A stretch of 64,000 nt of DNA, from positions 94,157 through 158,156 of the forward strand of contig JBBUAP010000001.1 of NCBI GenBank assembly GCA_038058635.1, read 5' to 3'. The first letter of the stretch is position 1. Every line of letters begins with the position of its first letter. This DNA is from Patescibacteria group bacterium (GTDB taxonomy: Bacteria; Patescibacteriota; UBA1384; 2-12-FULL-50-11). Under the pieces are notes generated by a model. The model made no database searches and was not told the DNA's origin. It saw nothing but the letters and a program-made list of their open reading frames with translations. Shown piece by piece: positions 9,283-17,462 of the stretch. The position numbers and the translations under genes are program-made.

Positions 9283-10662
9283 TTATTTTATCAGCGTTTT
9301 CAGCCGCTCGGCGGCACTATCTATAGCCGCTTGCAGGGATTGGCCGCTAATTAGCGCTTGATTAAGCATGTCCTGAACAATCTCGTCGCTGGTTTGCCAG
9401 TCCGACTTGTACACGGCTGGGGCAAAACTGGCCTGCTGGGCAAACAGTTCGGTTCCGCCTAAGTCACCTACGCTCAGTCTTATCGTCGCTTCCTGGGCTT
9501 GAACAAATGACGGCCTACCTGTCAGCTGGGCGTATTTTTGCGAGCCAGCAGTGCCGAGGGTTTGCAGATAAGCCCAGGCGGTCGAGGGTTTGTTGGAAAC
9601 CTTAGAAACAACATGGGTCCAGTAGTTAGCCGCGTCAATCCGCTTATTAGTAATCGCTGGGTCGCCCACTTGCGGTAGTGGAACAATCTTAACAGTATCG
9701 AAGTCCTTTTTGGCTTTTTGGATGTCTCTCGAAAGTGTCGAGTAGCCCAGCATCATCGCCAGTTTATTATTGACAAAGGCGCTGACCGGATCACCCATCG
9801 TGGCGTTCCAGGAATAATTCGGGTCCCCGGCCCGGGCAAAAGAGCTAAAAAGCGTCAACGCTTGGAGTCCGGGGGTCTGATCTTTGCCATCAATCACCTT
9901 GACTAGGTGTAGCCCAACACCTTTTTCGTCGTGTGTGAATAAACTACCACCGTTCTGGGCAAGCATTCCCACAAAACTATCGACCGGAGCGTAAGTATTG
10001 CCGGTCGTACCGAGCGAGAAACCAGAAACGCTGATACTGCGGGAATCCTTCTTGGTTAGCAGGCGACTCCAGACAGCTAACTCCTCCCAAGTGGTGGGGG
10101 CGCTGTTGAGTTTTTCCGCCTCGGCCTCGTGACTTTCCGACAAAGCATTGACGGTGTCGTTAACAACTTTGGTGTTGACGTAGAGCGCCAATGAGTCAAC
10201 CGCCAGGGGAAAGCCAAATAATGCTCCGTCGCGGATATTTTGAGCGGCGATGGCGGGACCAAAGAACGTCTCGGCCGCTTCGGCCTCGGTCTGCTTGGTT
10301 TTACTTATATCAATGTATTTGGTCGAGGGAATGAGCTTGCTTTGATGCTTGGCAAGCCAGTCGGTGCGGATCAGCCAGATGTCTGGCCCGCCGCCGCCGG
10401 CGATCGCGTCAACAACTTTTGCCTCGTAATCTTTGGCGTCGGTGGCCGGAATATACTTGAAAGATAATTTGACGGTTGGGTTGTCGGTCAAAAACTCCTC
10501 GCTGATTTGCTTGTATATATCCGCCTCGTCAAAAGGCGACCAAATCGTCAGGGTGTTATCGGTCGTTGTAGTATCTTTATCTCCTGTCAGGGCGGTAATC
10601 AACACGACAGCAACTGCTAACACGATTACCCCGATTAGTGCGAAAAACAGCCCCCTCTTCAT
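9283..10662 (-). CDS. membrane-anchored extracellular solute-binding protein (sugar ABC SBP-like)
   Basis: N-terminal TM, LTIW, GGGPDIW, GFPLAVDSLALYVN, F...KLAMM; no permease adjacent. Confidence 0.85.
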   Translation of the reverse strand: MKRGLFFALIGVIVLAVAVVLITALTGDKDTTTTDNTLTIWSPFDEADIYKQISEEFLTDNPTVKLSFKYIPATDAKDYEAKVVDAIAGGGGPDIWLIRTDWLAKHQSKLIPSTKYIDISKTKQTEAEAAETFFGPAIAAQNIRDGALFGFPLAVDSLALYVNTKVVNDTVNALSESHEAEAEKLNSAPTTWEELAVWSRLLTKKDSRSISVSGFSLGTTGNTYAPVDSFVGMLAQNGGSLFTHDEKGVGLHLVKVIDGKDQTPGLQALTLFSSFARAGDPNYSWNATMGDPVSAFVNNKLAMMLGYSTLSRDIQKAKKDFDTVKIVPLPQVGDPAITNKRIDAANYWTHVVSKVSNKPSTAWAYLQTLGTAGSQKYAQLTGRPSFVQAQEATIRLSVGDLGGTELFAQQASFAPAVYKSDWQTSDEIVQDMLNQALISGQSLQAAIDSAAERLKTLIK

Positions 10663-10834
10663 TCAGCTAAGCGTCTCGCAAATTCGCTCGAGACGCAAGT
10701 AGAAGACCTCTAGAGGTAAATACCAAACACTTTTAATAACCAAAGAGTTACGAGCCATGGTTCCGCTCCGCCGGCTGGCGGGCACACGAGTCAACCATCT
10801 ACTCTCAATCAATTCTTGAGCGATGAATATTTAC

Positions 10835-10932
10835 CGGCGACCGTGCGAGGCGTAAGTGAGCTGGTCCCCGAAGGGGTCACACGCCGAGCGTCGTTCGTTG
10901 AGAGCGCTGGCTCGAGACGAAGTGTCGCCGGG
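10835..10932. repeat. palindromic element with CCGGCGAC/GTCGCCGG termini
   Basis: Terminal inverted repeat enclosing small hairpins (CCCC-GAA-GGGG). Confidence 0.5.
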
Positions 10933-10946
10933 AAACTATTCGAACG

Positions 10947-11327
10947 TTACTCGACGTTGACTGTCAGCACTCGAGTCTTGGTTTTTTCTTGCTTCGGAAT
11001 CTTGATCGTCAGAATGCCGTTACGCATACTGGCTTCGGCTTTGGCGGCGTCCACCGGAACCGGCAGAATATAGGAGCGCATAAACGAACCCCAGTAACAT
11101 TCTTGGACGAAGTAATTTTCGCGAACTGATTCGGCTTCGTTCTTGCGCTGGCCTTTAACAGTGACGACTTCGTCGGTGATCTGAATCTCTAGATCTTCGG
11201 TTTTAACGCCAGCAATCGGCGCCTTAATAATAACATTGTCGTCGTCTTGGTAGGCGTCGATGGCCAGCTGGCCTTCTTCCTCCTCTTCAAGCCACTCTTC
11301 TGTAACAACTTCTTCTTTTCGTGCCAT
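10947..11327 (-). CDS. small heat-shock protein (Hsp20/alpha-crystallin)
   Basis: GQLAIDAYQ, ECYWGSFMRS..LP, NGILTIKIPK; start re-placed at MARKEE. Confidence 0.92.
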   Translation of the reverse strand: MARKEEVVTEEWLEEEEEGQLAIDAYQDDDNVIIKAPIAGVKTEDLEIQITDEVVTVKGQRKNEAESVRENYFVQECYWGSFMRSYILPVPVDAAKAEASMRNGILTIKIPKQEKTKTRVLTVNVE

Positions 11328-11373
11328 ATTGTCTGTATTGTCTGTCTTATGAATAGACACGTCAAGCCAAGAT

Positions 11374-12099
11374 ATGCCTAAAACCAATTTGGGCAGGAGC
11401 TTGTTGTCGCTAATTATGCCGATCGAGTGTCTCGGCTGTGGGGCGGAATCGGACTGGATCTGCCGTGATTGTCGACGCGATATACGAACACAACGAGAAG
11501 ATCTTTGTTTTTGCGGTAAGGTCGGTGAGGACGGGCTTTGCGCCAAGCACCGAGAAAAGCTAGGCCTAGACGGCTTAACTACGCTGTTTAGCTATGCCGA
11601 GCCCGCCATCCGAGAATTGATTCATCAAGTGAAATATCGCGGCCACACCGATGCCGTCACTTTCTTTGCCTGGCAGTATCAGAAGAAAGTGTTAGCTCGC
11701 TTACCGCGGGGGGGCTCTTCGACAAGCTCAGAGTTCCCCCGACCAGAGTCGTGGGGAGACTGGGTGGTGACGGCCGTGCCGCTTTCCAGGCAACGACAAA
11801 GAGAGCGCGGCTTCAACCAATCGGCGCTGTTCGCTAAAAGACTAGCCGAGCCAGTCTATGATTATGTTGAGTTGCTGATAAAAAAGCGCGAGACTAAGCC
11901 CCAGGTTAAACTTAATAAAACCAGGCGGGAGAAAAATCTTCTTCGAAGCTTTGCGATAAAGCCCGGTGTTGAAATGCCCGAGCAAGTTATTATTGTTGAC
12001 GATGTTATAACTTCAGGCTCAACCCTCAAAGAAGCCGCTAAAGTCCTGCGTAAAGCCGGGGTTCAACAAATTTGGGCCCTAACTATCGCCCACGGTTGA
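11374..12099 (+). CDS. comF: ComF family amidophosphoribosyltransferase-like competence protein
   Basis: N-terminal CxxC zinc ribbon, VPLS...RERGFNQS, IIVDDVITSGSTL. Confidence 0.9.
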   Translation: MPKTNLGRSLLSLIMPIECLGCGAESDWICRDCRRDIRTQREDLCFCGKVGEDGLCAKHREKLGLDGLTTLFSYAEPAIRELIHQVKYRGHTDAVTFFAWQYQKKVLARLPRGGSSTSSEFPRPESWGDWVVTAVPLSRQRQRERGFNQSALFAKRLAEPVYDYVELLIKKRETKPQVKLNKTRREKNLLRSFAIKPGVEMPEQVIIVDDVITSGSTLKEAAKVLRKAGVQQIWALTIAHG

Positions 12100-12219
12100 T
12101 CAGAACTTGTTAAAAATCTAACCGGCAAGTAGTCATTCTTAGTCTGGGTGTTGCGGTTAGATTTTAAATAGGCCCTAAGAGTGCTAAGGTTTCAATATCC
12201 TACCGCGTGAGGTGTTGTA

Positions 12220-12426
12220 ATGAGTACCGTCGTCGTTCGGCTACTCGAGCCGGAGATGTGTCTAGATTGTCGCTTTGCGGTGTTTGCCGATGTCGACTAC
12301 GGCGACCGGACTGAGGTCAGAACCGTGTACTGCCGACGAGGCGATTGTGACAACTGGGACCACAACTCCGCCGAGCCAGTCCGGCTTGTTCGGATTGATA
12401 ACGGGGAGAGACCGAACCTAAACTGA
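12220..12426 (+). CDS. small Cys-rich hypothetical protein
   Basis: GAGGTG SD; CLDC and CRRGDCDNWD motifs; hairpin follows stop. Confidence 0.7.
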   Translation: MSTVVVRLLEPEMCLDCRFAVFADVDYGDRTEVRTVYCRRGDCDNWDHNSAEPVRLVRIDNGERPNLN

Positions 12427-12549
12427 TCGCCTCCGACACCAAGTGTCGGGGGCGAATCCACTAGTGTGCGCCTGGCTGGAATGCCTTACGCTTCACTCCG
12501 GTATTCCATCCTCATCGCCAACTGGGCGACTCGGTCGCAATCTAATTAG

Positions 12550-12589
12550 CGTCCCCGGGAGAGTTCGAGCCTCCGACCTCAATCTCCGC
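12550..12589 (-). pseudogene. 3' half of a divergent tRNA-Arg(GCG)-like gene
   Basis: Minus strand GCG-GA-GATTG-AGGTC-GGAGG-CTCGAAC-TCTCC-CGGGGAC-G; no matching 5' half seen. Confidence 0.5.
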
Positions 12590-12724
12590 TAAGGTCTTAC
12601 GAAAAACGGGAGTTCAACAGATCTGAGCGCTAACGATTGCCCACGGCTAGCTTTATGCGTGTATAATCACAGCGTATCCCCTGAATCGTCCTCTGCATGC
12701 ATGACGCCAGGGCAAGGAACCTAA

Positions 12725-12756
12725 GGGGCCGCTCTAGAGCGGCTCCTTCTTCTTTT
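12725..12756 (+). terminator. hairpin terminator
   Basis: GGGGCCGCTC-TA-GAGCGGCTCC followed by TTCTTCTTTT. Confidence 0.65.
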
Positions 12757-12757
12757 G

Positions 12758-12830
12758 TGCGCCCGGCTGGATTCGAACCAGCGGCCTCTTGCTCCGCAAG
12801 CAAGCGATCTATCCACTGAGCTACGGGCGC
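12758..12830 (-). tRNA. tRNA-Arg(GCG), CCA not encoded
   Basis: GCGCCCG acceptor, CTTGC-TT-GCG-GA-GCAAG anticodon arm, GGTTCGAATCC. Confidence 0.95.
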
Positions 12831-12932
12831 GAACGAAGTGAGCGATCGTAGCGAAGGGGAGTGAAGGCCGGAGGCCGAACATCCACTGAGCTACTGGCGC
12901 ATTTTTTAAGGTATCCACTGAGCTACGGGCGC
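12810..12932. repeat. three copies of the 5' ~21 nt of tRNA-Arg
   Basis: TATCCACTGAGCTACGGGCGC at 12810 and 12912; one-mismatch copy at 12881. Confidence 0.9.
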
Positions 12933-12952
12933 AAACTAGTATCGGGTATCAG

Positions 12953-13039
12953 CGGAGGCGGTAGGATTCGAACCCACGAGGAGCTTTCACCCCTAATAGT
13001 TTTCAAGACTATCTCCTTCAACCACTCGGACACGCCTCC
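12953..13039 (-). tRNA. tRNA-Ser(TGA), CCA not encoded
   Basis: GGAGGCG acceptor, ATAGT-CT-TGA-AA-ACTAT, long variable arm. Confidence 0.96.
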
Positions 13040-13056
13040 AATCGATCTTTGGTATT

Positions 13057-13794
13057 CTACTTCTTTCGAACTGTTACCTCAACCCCTTTAGATGGTTTGG
13101 CAACAAATTTTTTGGTTATGTAGGCCTGCTGACCAATCTGGAACAGGGTTGCTGTCGCCCAGTAAAGCGATAGGCCGGCTGGTAGAGTTGAGCCGATAAA
13201 GTACGTCATCGCCGGGAAAAGATACATCATCTGCTTGGTCATCATCGCCGCCGGATCATTTTTAGCCGCCGAGATGGGCGTTAATTTCTGATTGAATCGG
13301 GTTTGGGCAAACTGCAGTAGCGCCGCCAAAACCGGCAGGAAGAAGCGATCTTTGCCGGCAAGATTTATACCTAGGAATTGGGCGTTGACGGCGTCAATAT
13401 GAGGGGTAAAAGAATAAAGCAAGTCTGGCCGGATGTCTTTCAAGCCAGCAATCAACACGAAGTAGAGAATGTAAAGAATTGGTAGTTGGATCAGCATGGG
13501 TAAGCAACCAGCCATTGGGTTGATGCCGTGCTCTTTGTAGTAAGCCATCTGGGCTTTGGCTCTTTCCTGGGGATTGTCGTACTTTTCGTTCAGTTTCTTG
13601 AGTTCGTCCTGGTGACTTCTCATATAGAGCTGGCTCTTGAGCATCTTGCTGTTTGGTACCCAAATAATAGTCCTCACGACAATTGTTAGTAGAATAATCG
13701 CCCAGCCGATACTGTGCCCCGGCACCAACCACGAAAAGAAGACTAGGAGGTTGAAAAGGGGAGTATAGAGAACGGCCTTGAGAAGGGCTTTCAT
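13057..13794 (-). CDS. yidC: membrane protein insertase YidC
   Basis: GWAIILLTI, INPMAGCLPMLIQLPIL, PAGLSLYW; origin synteny. Confidence 0.95.
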   Translation of the reverse strand: MKALLKAVLYTPLFNLLVFFSWLVPGHSIGWAIILLTIVVRTIIWVPNSKMLKSQLYMRSHQDELKKLNEKYDNPQERAKAQMAYYKEHGINPMAGCLPMLIQLPILYILYFVLIAGLKDIRPDLLYSFTPHIDAVNAQFLGINLAGKDRFFLPVLAALLQFAQTRFNQKLTPISAAKNDPAAMMTKQMMYLFPAMTYFIGSTLPAGLSLYWATATLFQIGQQAYITKKFVAKPSKGVEVTVRKK

Positions 13795-14057
13795 GAACTG
13801 GGGTTAGCAACTGGCTTTTTGGGGGCTGTCGGTACGGGGTCGTATCCTCCCGCTGTTAAGGGATGGCAGCGAGCGACGCGCTTTGCTCCGAGGGCCAGGC
13901 CTTTTAATACCCCGAAACGCCCAACGGCTTGCTTGGTGTATTCGGAGCAAGTAGGCTGGAAACGACAAACCCCACCCAACACCTTCAGCGGCCCGTGATC
14001 GGGACTTAAGGTTCTCTGGTAAAGGCCGATTAGGCCGACAGCTAGCCGGCGAAACAT
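13791..14057 (-). CDS. yidD: membrane insertion efficiency factor YidD
   Basis: YQRTLSP, CRFQPTCSEY, RCHP..GGYDPVP. Confidence 0.95.
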   Translation of the reverse strand: MFRRLAVGLIGLYQRTLSPDHGPLKVLGGVCRFQPTCSEYTKQAVGRFGVLKGLALGAKRVARCHPLTAGGYDPVPTAPKKPVANPSS

Positions 14058-14392
14058 TTTTCTAAATCTTTCTTAAGTAGTTGCTCGTCGAGGGATTTAC
14101 CCTGAGCGGAGTCGAATGGGATATTCATAACCATCACCACCATATCACTGACCGGTCGATTTTCCCAAACCGCCAGACGGGTCTCTAGGTCGCTGAAAAT
14201 GATGCGGCGAATGCGATTACGCCTGACCGCTCCACCAGCAACCTTACGGCCGATCACGACTGCCGCCCGGCAGTGGATATTAGTGCCGGTCGCCACAAAA
14301 AGAGTTAGAAAATTTCCTCGAACCTTGCGTCCGAGTTTCAAGACCGTCTTGATTTCATCCGAGTTCTTGAGCTTGAACTCGCGCTTTAGCAT
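14042..14392 (-). CDS. rnpA: ribonuclease P protein component (with short in-frame palindrome insertion)
   Basis: AVRRNRIRR motif; position after rpmH. Confidence 0.92.
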   Translation of the reverse strand: MLKREFKLKNSDEIKTVLKLGRKVRGNFLTLFVATGTNIHCRAAVVIGRKVAGGAVRRNRIRRIIFSDLETRLAVWENRPVSDMVVMVMNIPFDSAQGKSLDEQLLKKDLEKCFAG

Positions 14393-14401
14393 TGGAGCTC
14401 G

Positions 14402-14539
14402 CTAGACTGTTAGCTTGGCTCGGCCTTTAGCTCGACGTCTCTTGATGACATTGACGCCGGCAGTAGTACGCATCTTTACCAAAAAACCGTGCGTTTTGGC
14501 CCGGCGACGAGTATTGGGTTGAAAAGTCCTTTTAACCAT
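14402..14539 (-). CDS. rpmH: 50S ribosomal protein bL34 (not in the supplied ORF track)
   Basis: Translated by hand: [45 protein letters not shown]. Confidence 0.97.
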   Translation of the reverse strand: MVKRTFQPNTRRRAKTHGFLVKMRTTAGVNVIKRRRAKGRAKLTV

Positions 14540-14724
14540 TCTCTAGATTTTACCTGGTAAAGCCAGAAAAATCTAGAGAGAACCGAGAACTGTGAGTAGC
14601 CGTTCTTAACTTCTAGAAATAAGGGGAAAGGCGAACGCAGCTACTTTACTGATTCCCAATTCTACACAACTAGCGTCGTGCCTGTGGAAAACTTTCGTAA
14701 TTTCTGGTTTGGTAAGTACACATC

Positions 14725-16077
14725 ATGCCCAATCCTGTTTGGACCGACATCTTGAATACTTTAGAGCCGACGATGAGCCGACCGAACTTTGTGACCTGGT
14801 TGGCGTCGACCGATCTAATCGAGGATATCCCCGGCGCTTTAACTATCACCGTTCCCAACCAGTACGCCAAAAGCTGGTTGGAAAATAATCTAATCGGGGA
14901 TATTGAAGCGCTCCTAAAAAAGAGTGTGGAAAACTTTGAGCAAGTCCGGATTGTGGTGGCCAAAAAAAGCTCGGCAACGCTTGACGACCTACCGATACTC
15001 CAGGGTGTCAGCGAAGCTTTGACGGAACCCGAGAGCGACAAGACTCCAAAGACTAACCTCTTCAACCCCAAATACACCTTCGAATCCTTCATCGTCGGCA
15101 ACAACAACCGCTTGGCCTTTGCCGCCGCCCAAGCCGTCGCCGATAAACCTGGCGAGGCCTACAATCCGCTCTTTATTTACGGTGGGGTTGGCCTGGGGAA
15201 AACTCACTTGATGCAGGCGATCGCCAACGCCATCGTCCAGCACAGCCCGAAGAAAAAGATTGCCTATGTCTCTTGCGAAACCTTTGCCAGCGAATTTATT
15301 GAAGCCCTCCAAAACAAGGCCATCAACGAGTTTAAACGTAAGTATCGCTCGGCTGATATCTTTTTGGTTGATGATATTCAGTTCTTAGCCAATAAGGAGG
15401 GGACCCAAGAGGAGTTTTTTCACACTTTTAATACCCTTCACCAGGCTAATCGTCAGATTGTGATGACGGCCGACCGAATGCCAAAAGAAATCGGCGATTT
15501 GGAAGATCGACTAATATCGCGCATCGGTTGGGGAATGGTGGCTGATATCCAGACCCCGAACTTTGAAAACCGAGTGGCGATCCTGCAGGCCAAGGCCGCC
15601 GCGATGAACTTTACTGTTGGGTCGGACATTTTAGAGTATATCGCCAACACTATAACCGCTAATATCCGCGAACTTGAAGGGTCGCTCACTAAACTAGCGA
15701 CGACCGCCACAGTGGAGAAGAAAGCGGTGACGATTGAGCTAACAAAAGCAGTGCTGAAAGACCTGGCTCGCCCTAATAGTCGACGATTCACGACCAAGCA
15801 GGTTATTCGGGCTGTCGCCGATCACTTCGCGATCGAGCCGAGCGACCTAATGGGTCAAAAGAGGGTTCAGGAGATCGTCTACCCCCGTCAGATCGTGATG
15901 TATATTCTTCGGTACTCGTTGGGACATTCCCACCCCCAGATCGGAGACGAACTGGGCGGTAAAGACCACACTACGATTATGCATGGGGTAAAGAAGATTG
16001 AGCGCTTACTAAAATCTGATCGTCAGGTTGAGCGCGATTTGGCTGATGTTAAGCAACTTCTAGAGGGTGGTTCCTAA
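14725..16077 (+). CDS. dnaA: chromosomal replication initiator DnaA
   Basis: NPKYTF, YNPLFIYGGVGLGKTHL, DDIQF, QEEFFHTFN, GGKDHTTIMH. Confidence 0.98.
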   Translation: MPNPVWTDILNTLEPTMSRPNFVTWLASTDLIEDIPGALTITVPNQYAKSWLENNLIGDIEALLKKSVENFEQVRIVVAKKSSATLDDLPILQGVSEALTEPESDKTPKTNLFNPKYTFESFIVGNNNRLAFAAAQAVADKPGEAYNPLFIYGGVGLGKTHLMQAIANAIVQHSPKKKIAYVSCETFASEFIEALQNKAINEFKRKYRSADIFLVDDIQFLANKEGTQEEFFHTFNTLHQANRQIVMTADRMPKEIGDLEDRLISRIGWGMVADIQTPNFENRVAILQAKAAAMNFTVGSDILEYIANTITANIRELEGSLTKLATTATVEKKAVTIELTKAVLKDLARPNSRRFTTKQVIRAVADHFAIEPSDLMGQKRVQEIVYPRQIVMYILRYSLGHSHPQIGDELGGKDHTTIMHGVKKIERLLKSDRQVERDLADVKQLLEGGS

Positions 16078-16307
16078 AGTGGAAAACATGTGGACAACTC
16101 TAATGGGAGGGGTGGTAGTATTAGGTCGATATTCTTGGTACAACAGGTTAAGCCGTTCATCCACAATCAAAACCCAACTTATCCACAGTTTATCCAAACA
16201 TTTCCACAGCCCTACCCCTAATTACCCACTAATCCACCGCACTTACAACTACTACTAATTATGGAAACTAAAAAATTAATTACTAAAAAACACCCAATAA
16301 AATAAAC
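16078..16307. other. probable oriC (dnaA-dnaN intergenic)
   Basis: TTATCCACA at 16179 plus near-consensus boxes at 16089, 16157, 16190, 16200; ACAACTACTACTAA trio-like run near 16245; AT-rich tail. Confidence 0.88.
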
Positions 16308-17396
16308 ATGATATTTAATACTGAAAAAGAAAAACTTCTCAACGCTGTGAGTTTAACTAGTAGTTTAGCCACTACTCGTTCAACCCTACCAATCCTTCAA
16401 AATATCTTTTTAGAAGTTAAAAGTACTCAACTACTAATTAAATCAACCGATCTTGACCAGACGCTAGAAGTGTTGGTGGATGGCATGGTTAGTGACAAAG
16501 GAGCTCTAACTATCCCAGCTCGCCTAATAGTGGAGTACTTAAACAATAATCCTGACGCCAGCATTACCCTAGACTCGAATGATTTAGACTTAACTATCAA
16601 ATCAACCAATCACCAAGCGAAAATAAAGGGGCTAGCGGCCGAGGAGTATCCATCAACACCGGCTATCAAACCACAATCAACTGTGACACTACCGCTCGGA
16701 CAGCTACAGTCCGCAATTACTAAAACTATTTTTGCCAGCGCCACAGATGATAGTCGGCCGATACTCAACGGTCTGTTATGGCGCTTTAACGGGAAGAAAC
16801 TGACGATTGTTGGTACGGACGGCTATCGCCTAGCTTGCCAGTCGTTCGAGGTTCCAAACGAGGCTGAGGGTGACTTTATTATCCCCAAAAGAGCGCTCCA
16901 ACAATTACTAAAATTGCCTGGCGATGGCGAATTGGAAGTGGCCTTTGCCAGTAACCAGGTTCGTTTTTCAATTGGTTTGATTACCTTAACTTCTCGCCTC
17001 CTAGATGGTAATTTCCCGCCGTATGAGGCGATTATTCCTAAAAAGATGTCGACCGAGATCGCTATCAACTCTCACCAACTAGCAAAAAGCTTAAAGTTGG
17101 CTAGCCTATTTTCTCGTGACTCGGCTTATAGCGCCAAGATATTGCTCGAGGGCGACACGATGAAGATTAGCGCCGTTTCGGCGACTATCGGCGAGAATAC
17201 TAACGAATTAAAATTGGCTTCTCCGGTGGTAGTACCGTTGACGATATCCTTAAACGCCCAGTACCTAATTGATGGATTGGGAGCGGTCGAGGGCGATGCC
17301 AAGGTCGGTTTTATCGATGCCAAAAGCCCGATCACAGTGGCGCCAATTAAGGATAGCGAGTACCTTTACCTTCTGATGCCGCTTCGGAGTGAGTAA
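16308..17396 (+). CDS. dnaN: DNA polymerase III beta clamp
   Basis: TLPILQNI, STDL, RPILNG, GTDGYRL, SRLLDGNFPPY, LLMPLR. Confidence 0.97.
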   Translation: MIFNTEKEKLLNAVSLTSSLATTRSTLPILQNIFLEVKSTQLLIKSTDLDQTLEVLVDGMVSDKGALTIPARLIVEYLNNNPDASITLDSNDLDLTIKSTNHQAKIKGLAAEEYPSTPAIKPQSTVTLPLGQLQSAITKTIFASATDDSRPILNGLLWRFNGKKLTIVGTDGYRLACQSFEVPNEAEGDFIIPKRALQQLLKLPGDGELEVAFASNQVRFSIGLITLTSRLLDGNFPPYEAIIPKKMSTEIAINSHQLAKSLKLASLFSRDSAYSAKILLEGDTMKISAVSATIGENTNELKLASPVVVPLTISLNAQYLIDGLGAVEGDAKVGFIDAKSPITVAPIKDSEYLYLLMPLRSE

Positions 17397-17401
17397 GTAC
17401 A

Positions 17402-17455
17402 TAATTTTGAATTTCGAATTCTAAATTTCGAATCAATTTTCAATGACTAAATTAT
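17402..17455. repeat. AT-rich short tandem (~7-mer) repeats
   Basis: AATTTTG-AATTTCG-AATTCTA-AATTTCG. Confidence 0.55.
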
Positions 17456-17462
17456 TAAGTAG

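Noticed and set aside
12100-12750. raiA motif RNA downstream of comF
   Set aside because: Sequence does not show the conserved raiA motif segments I know, and no raiA gene follows
12550-12757. Group I intron-split tRNA or tmRNA
   Set aside because: No 5' exon starting GTCCCCG, no recognisable P7 elements, no tRNA-Ala-like acceptor or tag reading frame
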